Below, piece by piece: positions 51,266 through 64,000 of a stretch of DNA of 64,000 nt (the first letter of the stretch is position 1; each line of letters starts with the position of its first letter). Below the pieces are notes generated by a model that saw only the letters and a program-made list of their open reading frames with translations, had not been told where the DNA came from and did not search any database. The DNA is taken from the NCBI GenBank assembly GCA_022813865.1, contig JALDZX010000016.1:248001-312000 (forward strand). The letters run 5' to 3'. The position numbers and the translations under genes are program-made. Source of the DNA: Xylographa opegraphella (taxonomy: Eukaryota).

Positions 51266-52397
51266 TTCACATTGGGATAGTGACAGCTAGCCCACTTATC
51301 AGCCACCAGTCTTGTGAACAGCACTTCCAGGGCGTAGAGGGGAGTGGGTGGCCAGTGAGAGCACGGCGATGCGGCTCTCGAGAGGTGGGCCGCAGCTGCA
51401 CGTCGATGGTGGGGCGACTGCATTCGATTGGGCGGCGGGAACGGGTGGCTCGACAGGGGGGAGGGGCTCTGTCGCAAGCGGATAGACCAACTGGCCGTGG
51501 GGGGGGGCGATGGGGGAATAGGGAATGGTTTGGGGGGGAGCCCCGAGACGATGCGTGGCTGCGGCTGAGTCTATCGACACGCTGATTCGGTAGAGGGAGG
51601 GAGCACAACGTCTCGACTCCCGTAGACTCTCATTTACATTTCTTAGTTAGTGGATGAGTAAGGGGCGATTCCGTCCGGAGTGCACCACGGAAAGATGCTA
51701 TCGGCACGACCTCCTTGGTCCCCGATGATCATATTCGATATCCCTATTCACGTTCGGCTTCGCAAGACATTCCGCGCATAATCTGTCATCGACATTGCGC
51801 TCTTGGGGAATCGCTGTGTACGGAGTATTTCGTCCAGGGCTGTTCGATTGACTATCTCGAGACTATTCGATGCTCCTGATCTCACGTCAGCGACCAGAAT
51901 GGAGGAGCTTGGAGCACGCTCCGTCACACACTGAGCAAAAGAGATTTGTTCACCGCCCCATCTTGATAGTCTACGAATGGTGCACGGCCTAGTCTACATG
52001 AAAGCCGAATATGTTGCTCTTCCGGACGTCTACATGGTACGTAGGAGCACTAGAATGATTCGGAAGACCGGTCACTGCTGCACCTCTTCAGATGCCAAAC
52101 CAAATGGAATGTCCAGAAACCTTCTGCAAAAGCCAAGGGCAGCTCGGCATCGGATCTTGCATATGCTGATCGATGTATCAGTTTCACTTTCTCGCCAATC
52201 AAGCACATTGCCCATTTAATCACGCGAACGCCCATAATGATGCATAATGTAAAACGTTTAAATTGTCGTAGACACATGAAGCAGTACGTAGCATCGCCAA
52301 TACATCAACAATCGCATGCCTTGCTCCAACCATACGCAGATGTAAAATATTCTTTGCAGTAGATAGTATATACATCACATGCACCAGGATCCATCCG

Positions 52398-53576
52398 TTA
52401 ATTGCTCATGATAGGCAGTACATGCTTCGCCTTCTCCGCTGCGGCGGTTGCAGCCTGTTGCAGCTTGGCTGACCTAAGGCGCCGTACATATGCGAACAAA
52501 AGAACAAAGAGGATTTCCATTCTGTGAAGAAGTTAGACCTATACTCGTTGCCTGATAGGACGGTCAAATACCTTTCCTTGGTCATCATCAATAGACCTTG
52601 CACCAGTACTCCTTTTGTGATTTGGGGAACAATGCCCTTGAAAAGTGCCAATGGGCCTTCATTTTCGATGATGAATTTCATCACTTCCACGAATGATTTA
52701 AAAGGCTTTCCCTGCCTTGCGGGTGGAGGTCTGGATTGAAGACCAACCTTCGCAACGATCAATGGCTGTGTCACAATCGTTGCAATCGACTTCGACAATG
52801 CTCCTAGAACTGTGAGCTGTCAGTAGTGTGAGCAGATATACGTCTGGAGTGTGATCCGTACAGAATGCCTCAAGTGGCCTCAAATGAGTCTTGCCCGGGT
52901 AAAGAAGGTCCTTCAATCTCTGATAAGCACCATACGTAATTGCTGGATTAACCACGAGCACGAGGCTGGCTTTCAGTCCACGCCACAACCCTGTCCAACC
53001 ATCGTCGCTATTTACCACTTCTCGTCCGGTATCAAGTAACCCTTTTCTGTCAACTTTTGGCTGCGTCTGTTGGCGAGTAGTCACGACCGATACTGGTATG
53101 GTGAACAGCTGCGCTACTGCGCCCGCCACAGCGCCCAACGATAGCTCTATTGCAGTAGTGGGAGATTTGGGTAGAGCCTGAGTAGATAAGTATAGTGTCC
53201 GCACAACGGAATACCAATAAAAGTATGCGAAGTTCGTAGACGCTACCCCGATCAAAGCGCCATTGATACCGGAGTAGAGCCCCATCACGCCTTCGTCATC
53301 AATGATTTTATGTAGTGCGTCTATCGTGGATGTGTAATGCACATTATCAACCGTCAATGGAGTAGGGTCGTCTGGCTTGCGCTTGATTTGTACTTGAAGA
53401 CGAGTCTTCACGCTAATATTTCTGTGGTCAGTAACCATTGTGTGGGGATTTGAAACACCACGTTCAGCTTACATATCCAGAGGGTATACGAGTGCATTGG
53501 CCATAACAGCGCCCGTTGCGCCGGCCAGTGCATTACCCCATGGTGGCAGCGGTGGCTGCCTGGCTTTGGCAGCCAT
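52398..53576 (-). CDS. ANT1: Peroxisomal adenine nucleotide transporter (mitochondrial carrier family)
   Basis: LPPWGNALAGATGAVMANALVYPLD|IVKTRLQ; ASTNFAYFYWY; FTIPVSVVTTRQQ; GLKASLVLVVNPAITYG; TQPLIVAKVGLQ; LFKGIVPQITKGVLVQG. These give three carrier repeats. Confidence 0.9.
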
Positions 53577-54006
53577 AATACCACGAGCCTTCGGATATTT
53601 CCCACGTCAGTCCTTCTGATCGCTCAACTAGAAGCCCTGTTTTTTCCATCAACAATGCGGACAATGGACAATAGCTGACAGGAGAGCTTGAACAAGGGCA
53701 GAGAAGTCTGACGACTGACAGTGGAAGCAAAACACCGAGACTGAGTAAAGAGCTTGATTCGCTCTGCACACTTCAAGTCCGCGCAAAGCAGACTCGATAG
53801 ACTGTTGAGGCAATTGTGATATTTGTATGTGGTTACCGCAGGCCCTGGAGACCAAATGACATAAATCTCCGGACTGCCCGCATGCCGTCACATGCCGAGG
53901 CATTGAACTGCCAGCGCTAGCAAGGTAGAGCCCTGTATCCGCTCCAGGCCCGAGGCCGTTCTTGCCCTCCTTTCAATCGGCTTTCTTGGTAGGTTAGCGA
54001 GTGAGG

Positions 54007-56840
54007 ATGCTCATGGAGAATGCTTGTCAAAAACTTCAAGTAATATCTGTGCTGCAATCTCCATCATATACACGCTTATGATGCTAGGCAGCAGAAGAGC
54101 GTATTCGTACAGCTGTTGGCTGGAAGGATGCCTACGACGTCATTCTCGTTGCTGTTGAAGACTGTCTTCAGGTTCTGAAATTGACCGAGGACAAGAAGAA
54201 GAAGAAAGAACTAGAAGAGAAGTGCAACAAACTTCTCGACCAAGCTCATCATATCAAGAACTCTGAGCAATGGACACCCAAGCAGGGGATGACCGTCGAA
54301 CTATGCCAATCGCATGCTCATGCTATGGTTCCGAAACAACCGGTCTCTACTCGTGTGCTTTCAAAGCGGGAACAGATCATCATACTGAAGGGTTCCAAGC
54401 TACATGGCTGCATCTATCCAGAATGGACAGGCTCTCCTTTGCCCGAGGAATTTGACCTGAAAGCTGGTGAGCTGTTCACGTATGTTACATATGCTTCGAT
54501 CAGTGGAGTATCTATCGCATTTTAGATAATGATGTGCATTCTAATTGGACCAGAGATAGCACAAACTTTGGTTTCACACCAGCACAATTAGATGTCTTTG
54601 CTGGCTGGCGAAGACCGCATGAAGCACTCTCAGTCGAGGGTCTTAAAACAGCCAACAATGATGCACGGGGTATAGCACCTACAATGGTCCCCAGCGGTGC
54701 TACCGATCTTGTGCAAGACATGACTGGCGATTGCTCACTGGTGGCTAGTTTGTGCGCCGGCATGGCTAGAGCTGAAGCTGGACATCCTAAGGTAATGTGG
54801 TTCATATAACTGGGAGTCATTTGACTGATTCGGCTAGGTGATCTCTTCTTACATGTTCCCTTATGATTATGAAATTATGAGACCTGCGAAGTCGCCGAAT
54901 GGGAAGCACATTTTTAAGATGCAATTCAATGGCGTTTTCCGTAAAGTCGTTATTGATGATCGTCTGCCATCCTCTCAAACCCTGAGGTCGTTACATGTCC
55001 TTGATAGGAATAACCCCGGACTTCTATGGCCGGCTCTTCTGGAAAAGGCATATTTAAAAGTCATGGGCGGATACGACTTTCCGGGTAGCAATTCCGGCAC
55101 GGATATATGGATCTTGACAGGCTGGATTCCTGAACAATTGTTCCTACAAAGGTACAGTTCTGCTTCGTAATGAGAGCTCTGCGTTTCACATTCTGACATC
55201 CCGGGTGTAGTGATGACATCGTCCCAAGTGGATTGTGGCGGCGGGTCATGAACGCATACACTGGTGGTAATGTGCTTATTACCCTCGGGACCGGCAAACT
55301 GAGTCGTCACGAAGAAAGAGAATCCGGACTGGCTGGGGAGCACGACTATGCTGTGATCAACCTCAAGGAAGAAAATGGTCGTCGAAGCTTCCTCATCAAA
55401 AACCCGTGGTCAGAAGCTAGTAGCTGGAAGGAAATCAATAATACGAAGCATATAGACGCAACACCTGAGTCTGACAGAGCTACTGATGAAAGGTCAAAAA
55501 CAGTAAGGCCAGGGACTTTTTGGATGGAAATCAACGATATTTTCCAACATTTCGAAACTATATATTTGAGCTGGAATCCAGCCTTCTTTTCTCACCGGCA
55601 AGATATTCACTTCACGTGGAAGCTGGATGCCACACGAAGTCCGACAGGCTCTTTTCACCAGAATCCACAATACATTGTACGCTGCCAGGAAGGCGGTACT
55701 TTGTGGCTTTTGCTCAATAAACACTTCCGTGAATCTGATGCTCGAAGCGATGGAGGTCTGACTACGCATTGCTGCCCTATTTCTTTCTTGAGCTTGTATG
55801 CATTCGAAAATGACGGTAAAAGAGTATTCACAAGTGATGATTTTCTAAGCAGAAGTCCATATGTGGACACTCCGAACACTCTTTTAAGACTCGAGTTACC
55901 GCCCAAATCGATCTATACCATCGTGATTTCCGAGCAAGACATGCCAATCTCAGATCATAATTTTACCCTATCTGCGTTTTCAGAAAATCCAATCACTCTT
56001 TGTCAAGCCGAGGACAACTATAGTCATTCGGTGATCCAAAAAGGTGCATGGGCACTGTCGACGGCTGGGGGTAATTCTAACAGTCCAACATACCATACAA
56101 ATCCACAATATGTCATTGAATTATCACGTTCCTCTGACCTAGCACTATTTATCGAGGCTGAGGATGAAGATATTCCGGTACATGTGAAACTCCTTTGGCT
56201 GGAAGGTAAGCGCGTCTTGGAAGTAAGGGCCCACGATACCGTCGGAGACAGTGGTGAATACCGAAATGGATCTGCTTTTGCAAAGATTCCTGACGTCCAG
56301 TCCGGAACTTATACTCTGGTTTGTTCAACATTCAAGCAAGATCAATTTAGCAAGTTCTCATTGTATGTACATTCCATGTCGAAGTGCTCGATGCGTTATA
56401 TTCCTCTGGCAGAAGCTGGACGACTAGCGTGTACAGCACCAACAGCTTTGTTTACGGCAGGACTTAACCGTCTCTTAACGCCCTTGAGTACTTCACGTAT
56501 CACAAGACTACGAGCACAGGCTCGTATTATAACTTTACCACCTGCCTTTCGATCACCTATGAGAATGGCTATCGAATACGGTCAAGGTCCCAACAAGAGA
56601 GTGCTGTCGATTACCGAGGACGGGAACTTCAAGGACACAACTTCGACGCTACACACAGGTGATATTGATATCTTGCCTCGAATGTGTCAAGATCAAGGTA
56701 TTTGGCTGGTGATTGAACGCGCTGGCGGATCGTATATACAGTCGACTGAGGAAGTGTGCATTGAGATCCTGGCTGATCATCAGATTGGTTTCGGGCCTTG
56801 GGGAAAGGAGATGGATGAACCAGTGGAACAGCGCACATGA
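54007..56840 (+). CDS. palB: Calpain-like signalling protease of the pH-response pathway (PalB/Rim13)
   Basis: Catalytic residues: DLVQDMTGDCSLVASL (Cys), GEHDYAV (His), IKNPW (Asn); FNGVFRKVVIDDRLP; LWPALLEKAYLKVMGGYDFPGSNS; tandem domain III (NPQY; GAWALSTAGGN). Start at 54007 or 54013. Confidence 0.93.
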
Positions 56841-57275
56841 CGAAGTCCTTGTCAACAGTAGAACCAGGCTGCATTTGAGGAAGCTTGTATCAGTAAATGG
56901 CAGCTGTTCTATGTCTGGCATAATGGCATCCGGCCAATCTACCAACTTATAATCTCGTAGAAGAAATAACTGGGATGCTCAGGTGCAAGTGACACAGCAA
57001 AGGAGTGTATTGACCAATTTGTACAAGTTACATCTTTCGGGTGTCGGACATGCCAAATCGTTGCAGGGAACATGACATCTAGGATACGGAACCTTACCGT
57101 AGCGAGTCCATGATCCTGTTGGGAAATGTCTCGTGCATCAGATCACAATCGCACTTGCCAGAATGACTTCTAAAGGGCTACTATCTCAGCTTGATGCTGT
57201 GATGAGCTTCTTCTGCCTTCATGGAATGATATGATTATATTTTCCATATTTTTTGATTCGTAATTCTGTCCTGAT

Positions 57276-58377
57276 ATGGCGTCCGAAAATACAATCCACT
57301 TCATAAGGGCGCTATCACGGTAGGAATGCTGCGCCCTCTATTTTGAACCTTTATTTTGACATACTCTTCTAGTCTCATTGGTTGGATTTAGTACGTTTTC
57401 TTGCATCGGTTCCTCCTAATCTCTGTCGTCTGACAGCGGTTCTCGTACAACAGCACCCTCGCCTGGTCGCTCTCCTTCTATCCCCAACCACTCCTAAACC
57501 TCCGCCGCGGTTCCACAACCGGCTCCACCATCGACTACGTTATTGTCAACGTCCTCGGCTTCACAGTCTATACTCTGTCCAACTCTGCGCTCTTGTTTTC
57601 CTCTCACATTCGCGCACAATATGCAGCGCGGAACCCCATTTCACCAGAACCAACCGTCAGGGTGAATGACGTGGTATTCGGCGCACATGCGATTGTCCTG
57701 AGTGTAGTCACTTTGAGCATGTTCTGGGGGAAGTTGTGGGGGCTTGAGCAGGGAGGAAGACGTGGACGGTGGAGGCTCAGCAAAGGCGCTGCCGGCATAA
57801 TGGTGGGAGTCCTGACGGGTGTGGGGTGGGCTATTGTCCGGGTACTTAAGGACAAGGATGAGGCTCAAGTGGGAGGGTGGGAGTGGATCGATGTAGTAAG
57901 TACTACTTGTTTGAGAGGAAGGCGGATAAGAGGATGAGCTTTCGGCCGTTCTACCACCTTGAGATGTCAGGGTTGACATGGTATTTACTTCCGCAGGTAT
58001 ACGCTCTTGGATACGCGAAACTCGTCATCACTGTCGTCAAGTACATTCCACAAGCATGGGCGAACTACAAGCGCAAGTCGACCGAGGGATGGAGCATTCT
58101 GCAGATATTGCTGGACATAACTGGGGGAGTGCTATCGATTACGCAGCTATTGATCGACTCAAGCTTGCAGGGCGATTGGTCCGGGGTTACCGGAAATCCA
58201 GTCAAGCTGGGGCTTGGAAACGTGAGCATCTGTTTCGATATTTTGTTCATAACCCAGCATTATTGGCTCTACAGGGGTATCCGCGGAGGCAAGGGGGAAG
58301 AGGACGGTTGGGCGAGGGAGGAGGATGAGGAGAGTAGGAGTCTGTTGGACGAACGCAACGATAGCGACGAGAGATGA
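57276..58377 (+). CDS. Cystinosin/Ers1-like PQ-loop vacuolar transporter
   Basis: [21 protein letters not shown] (first PQ loop); [59 protein letters not shown]; acidic tail ending with an EESRSLL dileucine motif. Confidence 0.92.
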
Positions 58378-58676
58378 ATGGGAGAAACGAAGAGGAGAAT
58401 CATGTACATATTGATCCATGGGCTGTACTATTGAAGACTACCCACGTAGTAACGACAAAGCTGAGGACTTCTTATATTTTTCATGTTCCATAACCTACAT
58501 GAAACGAGCAAGCTGGCAGTTATCAATATTCGAACTTTGGTACTGCGCATGCTGCGAGGCTGCCAAAAACCCTAGACGCACTAAGTTTTCCGTAAGCGAG
58601 CCCGCGAAACCTCTCCACATCGAAATTCCGATCGCAGACATCGGCGTACCAACATCAACGACACACCACCGTCGCG

Positions 58677-59092
58677 ATGGCCAGTGAGTCACTTCCTTCT
58701 GCCAGACATCGGAAGCACACCATGCTAATGATCTCTTCCATAGAATCAAAGAACTCCTCGCAACATAACCAAAGCAAAAAAGCTCACCGTAACGGGTCTG
58801 TCCTTCCCAGTCACAGTTTACTCCGTCATGGAGCCAGATATCTATGTTCTTTAGATTTTGGCTAATCGGCATCGCGATGTGTAGTATCAAGAAGCCAAAG
58901 ACGCACCGCTATCCTTCGCTGAACGGCACCGACCCCAAGTTCCGACGGAATCATAGGCATGCGCTGCACGGGACAATGAAGGCTTTGGTAAGTTTTGCGC
59001 CTAGTTACAAGGAGAATGAAATCGAGACCGCAGCAGAAGGCTGACTTCTGGCGTAGAAGGAGGTGAAGGAGGGTAAGAGGGATGCTGCATAG
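58677..59092 (+). CDS. RPL29: 60S ribosomal protein eL29, 4 exons
   Basis: Spliced MA|KSKNSSQHNQSKKAHRNG|IKKPKTHRYPSLNGTDPKFRRNHRHALHGTMKAL|KEVKEGKRDAA*. Confidence 0.96.
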
Positions 59093-59787
59093 AGGGGACT
59101 CGGATGCGGAGGGCATACCCCGATGGATGAGTTGATGGCATGTGCGGACTTCGTGCTATATGTTGCGACAACTACACACGACAACAATCCAAAGATTCGA
59201 CTCGGGCGCTACTTCTGTTTTTGACACAACGTGCCATCTTGTCCATTTTGCCGCCGCATTTCATTTCCAAGTCGCCTGCGGATTTCTTTTCCATATGATA
59301 TTGTATATGCTTCTTTTGATTCGTTCAGAGCAGTTTGGCCAGGCATATGTGTGTACAGCTCCGGTTGCTCTTCCCATGCACGGCTGCTGAAGGATTATAT
59401 TCTTTACGTGCCGATATTGATCCCCAGACCCTCTCATTACCAAACACCCTCCGTCAATCACACAATGGTGAGAGGGTGCATGGAGATTGGGCCACACCTT
59501 TCATCGGCATTCTTACTGATATACAATTTCTAATGGCAGATAAAATTCTGATCACGGAGTTGATATAGTGGCACGCTTTCTCTCCTCCCGAAAAGTGGCG
59601 TGTCAGCTATCTAGACTCCAAGGCTTCATAAGACCATGGCTTGCAGAAAATCAGTTGATATGAAATTGCTTAATTCTATATGCTGTATCTTTGAACTTTG
59701 TAGACCTGATTCCACTAGCACCACGCCAATTCAAAGTTCTCAACGGCACGAAACGCTATGTACATGCAAGTATGCCCTTCCAATCCA

Positions 59788-61403
59788 TCATGGCCCATGC
59801 TCGCCCACCTTCCAGACCACCAGTCTCCTATCAAACCCTCCGCTAACCACCCACTCCTCCGTCTCCTCCCCCACACCCACCCACCCGGCCCACACACTCC
59901 TGACCTTACTCCCCGCCTCGTGGCCCCCTTTCAACAGCGCCACCACCTTCCCCGTCCGCACCTCCACCCCCCTTAACACCCCATCGTCGCCGTTCACCCA
60001 CACCCCCGACCCGTCCGGCCGCCAGCACACCTGCGGCGTCGAGTACGGCGTCTGCGGCGCCAGCGTGTTGACATGCAGCTGGATGGCCACCTCCTCGCGG
60101 TCCTGGCGCGCCAGCACGGCGCGCGTTTGAGCCGCCTGTGTCGCGGGCGCGGCGGCGAGGGGCGCGTTGGTGCTCGAGGTTGGGAAGAGCAGGCGTACGA
60201 GAAGCAGCTTCATGTGCGGGACCGCGGAGGTGGCTACCGCCAGGAGGGTGGGGTCTGTGGGCGAGAGGGCGAGCGCCGAGGGCGAGAAGGCGATCCATGC
60301 GTTGCTGTGTGGGGCGAGGTTCTGCGTCCCAGCGAGGGTGAGGGTCGCGGTCGTGGGGGTCGGCGTGTGGACGCGGTAGTAGTGCAGCGAGGTGGAGTCG
60401 CGGCGGGTGACGACGAGGAAGAGGGCGTGCGCGTCCGGGTCCTGGGCGAAGAGCAGGGTCTCCGGGTTCGTGGGCAGGGTCAGGACCGCGAGGGGTTCGT
60501 GGAGCGCCTCGTACGCGCCATCGGCGGAGCGCGCCAGGATGTGCAGGTGCACTTTCGCGTCCCAGCCGGCGGTGGCGAGGAGGTCGCGCCCGTTGCTGCT
60601 CCAGAGCGCGGCTTTGACGACGTATTTCTTGTGGTCGCGGCGCTCGTCGAGCGCTTGGCGGAGGTGGTGGTCGTAGAGCACTACTTGGCCGGACATGCCG
60701 GCCGTGATAGTCTGCAGGCGGGTGGTGCCTAGGCTGAGGCAGGAGAGGATGGGGGAGTCCTGGATGTGGGTGAGGGAGTCGACGAGGGTGAAGGAGCGGT
60801 CGGTGGCGAGCAGGTGGAGGCGGCGGTCGGCGGAGGAGGCGAAGAGGAGCTGGGTGTCTTGGGGCTCGCCGGTGGGGGAGGCTTGCTTGAAGGTCTCGAC
60901 GGAGACGTGGAGGAGGTTGGCGGCTGTGGGGAGAGTAGTGACCATGGTAGGTTCAGATGGGGCTGCGAAGGTGTGAGTAATGGACTCCGAGATATGACTG
61001 AGAGGATTGGGGAGATTGTGTATAGGACGTGATTATACGAAAAGACATTTGTAAACGAATATAGACATAGTAAAAGAGTAGAAAATACGGCATATGCAAA
61101 CGCACCCGGTACGGTCCATCCCTTTTCTCCATCCCCGTCTGCGAATTTCTCAAACCGCACGCTGAGATCAAAGACTTTCTTCTCCTCGAGGATCTTCTCG
61201 ATCGTGAGATCTCCCTTCTCTATACTTCCGGCATCGGGCTCCAGGCCCGCCTCGGAGATGAACGCATCCAGTGTCTGTGTCCAAAGGCTTTGTGTCAGTC
61301 AGCTTTGTGGCTTAGACGACTGGATGGCATATCTAACTTGGTTGTAGTGATTCGCCTTCAGGAAGCGAGCTACAATGATCGCAGGAGAATCTACAGCTGG
61401 CAT
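59788..61403 (-). CDS. LisH + WD40-repeat protein
   Basis: MPAVDSPAIIVARFLKANHYNQ|TLDAFISEAG (LisH-like); WD repeats: ASSADRRL, TAGMSGQVVLYD, DHKKYVV..ATAGWDAKV, GHEAGSKVRSV..VSGGFDRRLVVWK. Confidence 0.87.
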
Positions 61404-61799
61404 CTTCGGAAAAGTGGCAAATAGAATTTTATGACGAGGTTAGATTGCGCTTCGGAGACATGTACTAATCTACTTGTAACTCCCATTTACTTCAGGTATT
61501 GGTAGTTGTCTCTTCAATTTAATGGTGATGTCAATCGTGGAGGGGATATTGATTAGGGCTTATCGCTTATCGTAATAATCAAGTTTACCAACAACCATAA
61601 CTGATCATGTATCAGATTCAGACGAGTTATTCGTAACTCTAAGAGAACTGTTGTGCTAAGATGTCATGGGCAGCCGCTATAGGCTCGCCCATAGGGTATC
61701 TATCGCAGTCCAAGGCCAAATAACTCGCAAGCCGAAGGAGGAAAAGCTTTTGAAGAACGCATGAAAACATAAGGTAGACCGAACACGCCCAGTGCCGAG

Positions 61800-63299
61800 T
61801 CAATAGAACATGTCTTCAGCACGATTTCTCTTCCCACCTCTGCCATGTAGCCTCTCGGCAAAGAGCTCTTTCCCGGCATTTCCCACCTTAACTGGAAACA
61901 ACTCCTTCACAGCACTGCCTGAAGAGACCCCATTCGCAGTGCCACGAATCGAAAAGCCCTTATCCACCTGCTTAGAAGCCCCTTTAATGCTGAAGCCACC
62001 GCGCTCGAGATTCTCCAGGTCTTCTGCGATAGGGTCGGGGTCTGTCGGCCTAAGTCGACCGTTGTTGGTTGACTGATCCACCGCGCCATCCACAAAAGGT
62101 ACAGTCATGCCGTTGGCGAATAGGTCTGCTGTTTCATCTGCTGCATCGAAAGCATCAGAACGGCGATGAATACTGATACCAGCTTTGAGGGGAAATAATT
62201 CCTTCTTAAGATTTGTAGCCGCCTTCTTGTTTGGGAATAGTTCTTTGCTGTTGGCAGAAATACCTCGGATCTGATGTCCAACATCGACAGTGGCAGCCTT
62301 TGCTGGAAACAACTCCTTGTTTCTGTTCGCCTGTGGGAAGGGATAAGGGTCTCTCGACTCGTAGCGTGGGGGAGGTGTTCGTTTCCTAACGTGCCGGTCG
62401 CGACCGTCTCTATCCGGTGATGCACTTCGGTCTCTGGATCGAGGATGGTGGTTGTTCTTCGGACGATATGAGCCTACACGACCGCCTGAGCCTGTACCTG
62501 AGGACAAGGACGACCGGGAGTTTCGTCGACTTGATGTACCACACCGTCCTGCGACAGCATCTGCATCGTCGTCATACATTGAGGCCGTGAAACCTTCAGC
62601 AACATCAATATTTCTCCTGCGCCTATGTTCTTCATTTCCATAACGCTTCCTCCGATATTCATCCCCAGCCCTACTTCCTCGCATGCGTCTTTCCCTTGGA
62701 TCGTGCTCTGGATGCATCAAGTAAAACCTGCTGGATTCGTAGGCTTTCGGTCGCTTTTGGTCTGTAGTGACAGCAATACGTACTTTCAAATCCGACCCAG
62801 GGTGAGTAGACAGTGGCTTCGCTGCACGTAGCTGTAAAGGATGCAACAGTGCGATGTCTCCATCTGACTGTAGACTGAAACTTGCAAGAGCTTCTTCGGC
62901 TGTACTTGGTGCTCCGTAAACAATGTTCGCTGAAGTATCGTCCACCCATTCAATTCGAGAGGGAGGATGAGCTGAGTAGTTTTCCATCGAGAATGTGCGA
63001 ATGTCATTTGTGGTAAGGTCATCGAGACCCCGTATGTGAACCTTGTGAGGAACAGACTGCTCAGCAGTGATGTTTGACAGAAGCTGAGATGACTGAGCAT
63101 TTTCAGATGGAACTTCGGAGGACGGGACTGGCGCATAGCCCTGGACTTATCATTAGCCAGCCAGCTCGCAATGTTCACATCAGAAGGGTTGGGCACTCAC
63201 CACTTGCATAGGATCAGTGAAGTCCGGACCCAGATCAATATCTATATCCATGTCCATATCCGTATCCATAGCCACCAGTGCTGTTGAGACCTCCATCAT
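61800..63299 (-). CDS. NCBP3-like (DUF2414) RRM protein
   Basis: MDMDIDIDLG N-terminus; VPHKVHIRGLDDLTTNDI..RIEWVDDTSANIVY; SRFYLMHPEHDPRER; R/S/D-rich region; repeated KELFP motifs; ends RAEDMFY*. Confidence 0.8.
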
Positions 63300-63533
63300 G
63301 ATGGATGTAAGTGGTGAAGTGGTAATGCGAGTAAATAGCTGTGAAGAAGATCTTTATGTAGAGCAAATGAAGAGTGAAGCTCCGATAGAAGCTCCAAGAT
63401 CCTCGAAAATATCGGCCAATCGGAGGAACTAGAACCCGGAAGCCGTAGCGCGATTATCAAACCCAAGAACTAGGAACGTCAAAGGTAAAGTAAAAGGCAA
63501 CAAACAGAAACTCCGAACGCCCAAAGCCACAAT

Positions 63534-64000
63534 TCAGACCCTGATTCTCTTCGATCTGATAGTATCGCTAGAAACATGGGTGGCATCAGGGCTATATTCG
63601 TCGTCATCTTCGTCGCGCTTTCTCTTCGGCTTAGGCGCATGGTCAGGGAGCGAAGGTGGTAGGTCTTCGAGTTCTTCTTCATCGAATTCTTCGTACTCGT
63701 CTCCGTTAGCTTCTTCGTACTGGTCTCCATCAGCTTCTTGGTGCTCTTCTCTATTTCCTTCTTCATACTCTTCCGTATCAGCGTTTTGGTGCTCTTCATC
63801 AGCAGCTTGGTACTCTTCTCCATTGCCTTCTTCATGCTCTGCTCCATCGGCTTCTTGATATTCTGCTTTACCCCCTTCTTCGTACTCTGCTTCATCGTCT
63901 TCCGGGTACTCTTCTTCACCATCGCCTTCTTGATACTCTACTTCATCGTCGTCATTTCGAAGGTCAGCCTCCATACACTCGGTGCAGAACCAACGCCCAG
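63534..64000 (-). CDS. C-terminal acidic repeat region of a gene extending beyond the right edge
   Basis: Open frame with about 8-aa quasi-repeats (EEYQEADG-like), followed by the basic KPKRKR motif and ending RSKRIRV*. Confidence 0.65.
   Translation of the reverse strand, partial: GRWFCTECMEADLRNDDDEVEYQEGDGEEEYPEDDEAEYEEGGKAEYQEADGAEHEEGNGEEYQAADEEHQNADTEEYEEGNREEHQEADGDQYEEANGDEYEEFDEEELEDLPPSLPDHAPKPKRKRDEDDDEYSPDATHVSSDTIRSKRIRV

Noticed and set aside
57199..57274. Possible box C/D snoRNA (GTGATGA...CTGA); a similar pair lies at about 11894-11946
   Set aside because: There is no convincing terminal stem or recognisable rRNA guide, and the motifs lie in a probable 5' UTR and 3' UTR respectively.
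1..64000. CRISPR arrays, tRNA/rRNA genes, intact transposases or a secondary-metabolite cluster
   Set aside because: None was seen: no repeat-spacer arrays, cloverleafs, RT/transposase or PKS/NRPS motifs. Neighbouring genes are functionally unrelated housekeeping genes. The other gene stops I inspected lack the TGA-CTA context.

Overview
A gene-dense, intron-rich window from a filamentous ascomycete (Pezizomycotina, inferred from GT-AG introns with CTRAC branch sites and the gene set). It contains about 20 recognisable genes: the 5' end of FCY1, a YDJ1/MAS5-type DnaJ, mitochondrial MSH1, a HELQ/Pol-theta-like helicase, SNT2, a SulP sulfate permease, a WrbA/Pst2/Ycp4-type flavodoxin-like quinone reductase, BUB2, ERV46, a divergent Mex67-like gene, a GNAT, arginine-specific CPA2, two C2H2 transcription factors, peroxisomal ANT1, PalB/Rim13 calpain, cystinosin/ERS1, RPL29, a LisH-WD40 protein, an NCBP3-like protein and the acidic 3' end of a further gene. 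The best finding is at the flavodoxin-like gene. Its stop lies in the leaky TGA-CTAG context and is followed by a GC-rich hairpin and 80 further in-frame sense codons ending GPCGLPAKCSIL*, a CaaX box. This predicts programmed stop-codon readthrough that switches a short Pst2-like enzyme into a prenylated, Ycp4-like membrane-anchored isoform. Other observations are a probable CUG start in a C2H2 factor, a TA-flanked foldback (MITE-like) element carrying four CCAAT boxes upstream of MSH1, a divergent Mex67-like gene with 12-bp repeats, a large insertion in Ydj1, and a C-rich-to-G-rich switch along the GC-rich genes. Gene identities come from motif recognition by eye, not database searches, and exon boundaries are manual.
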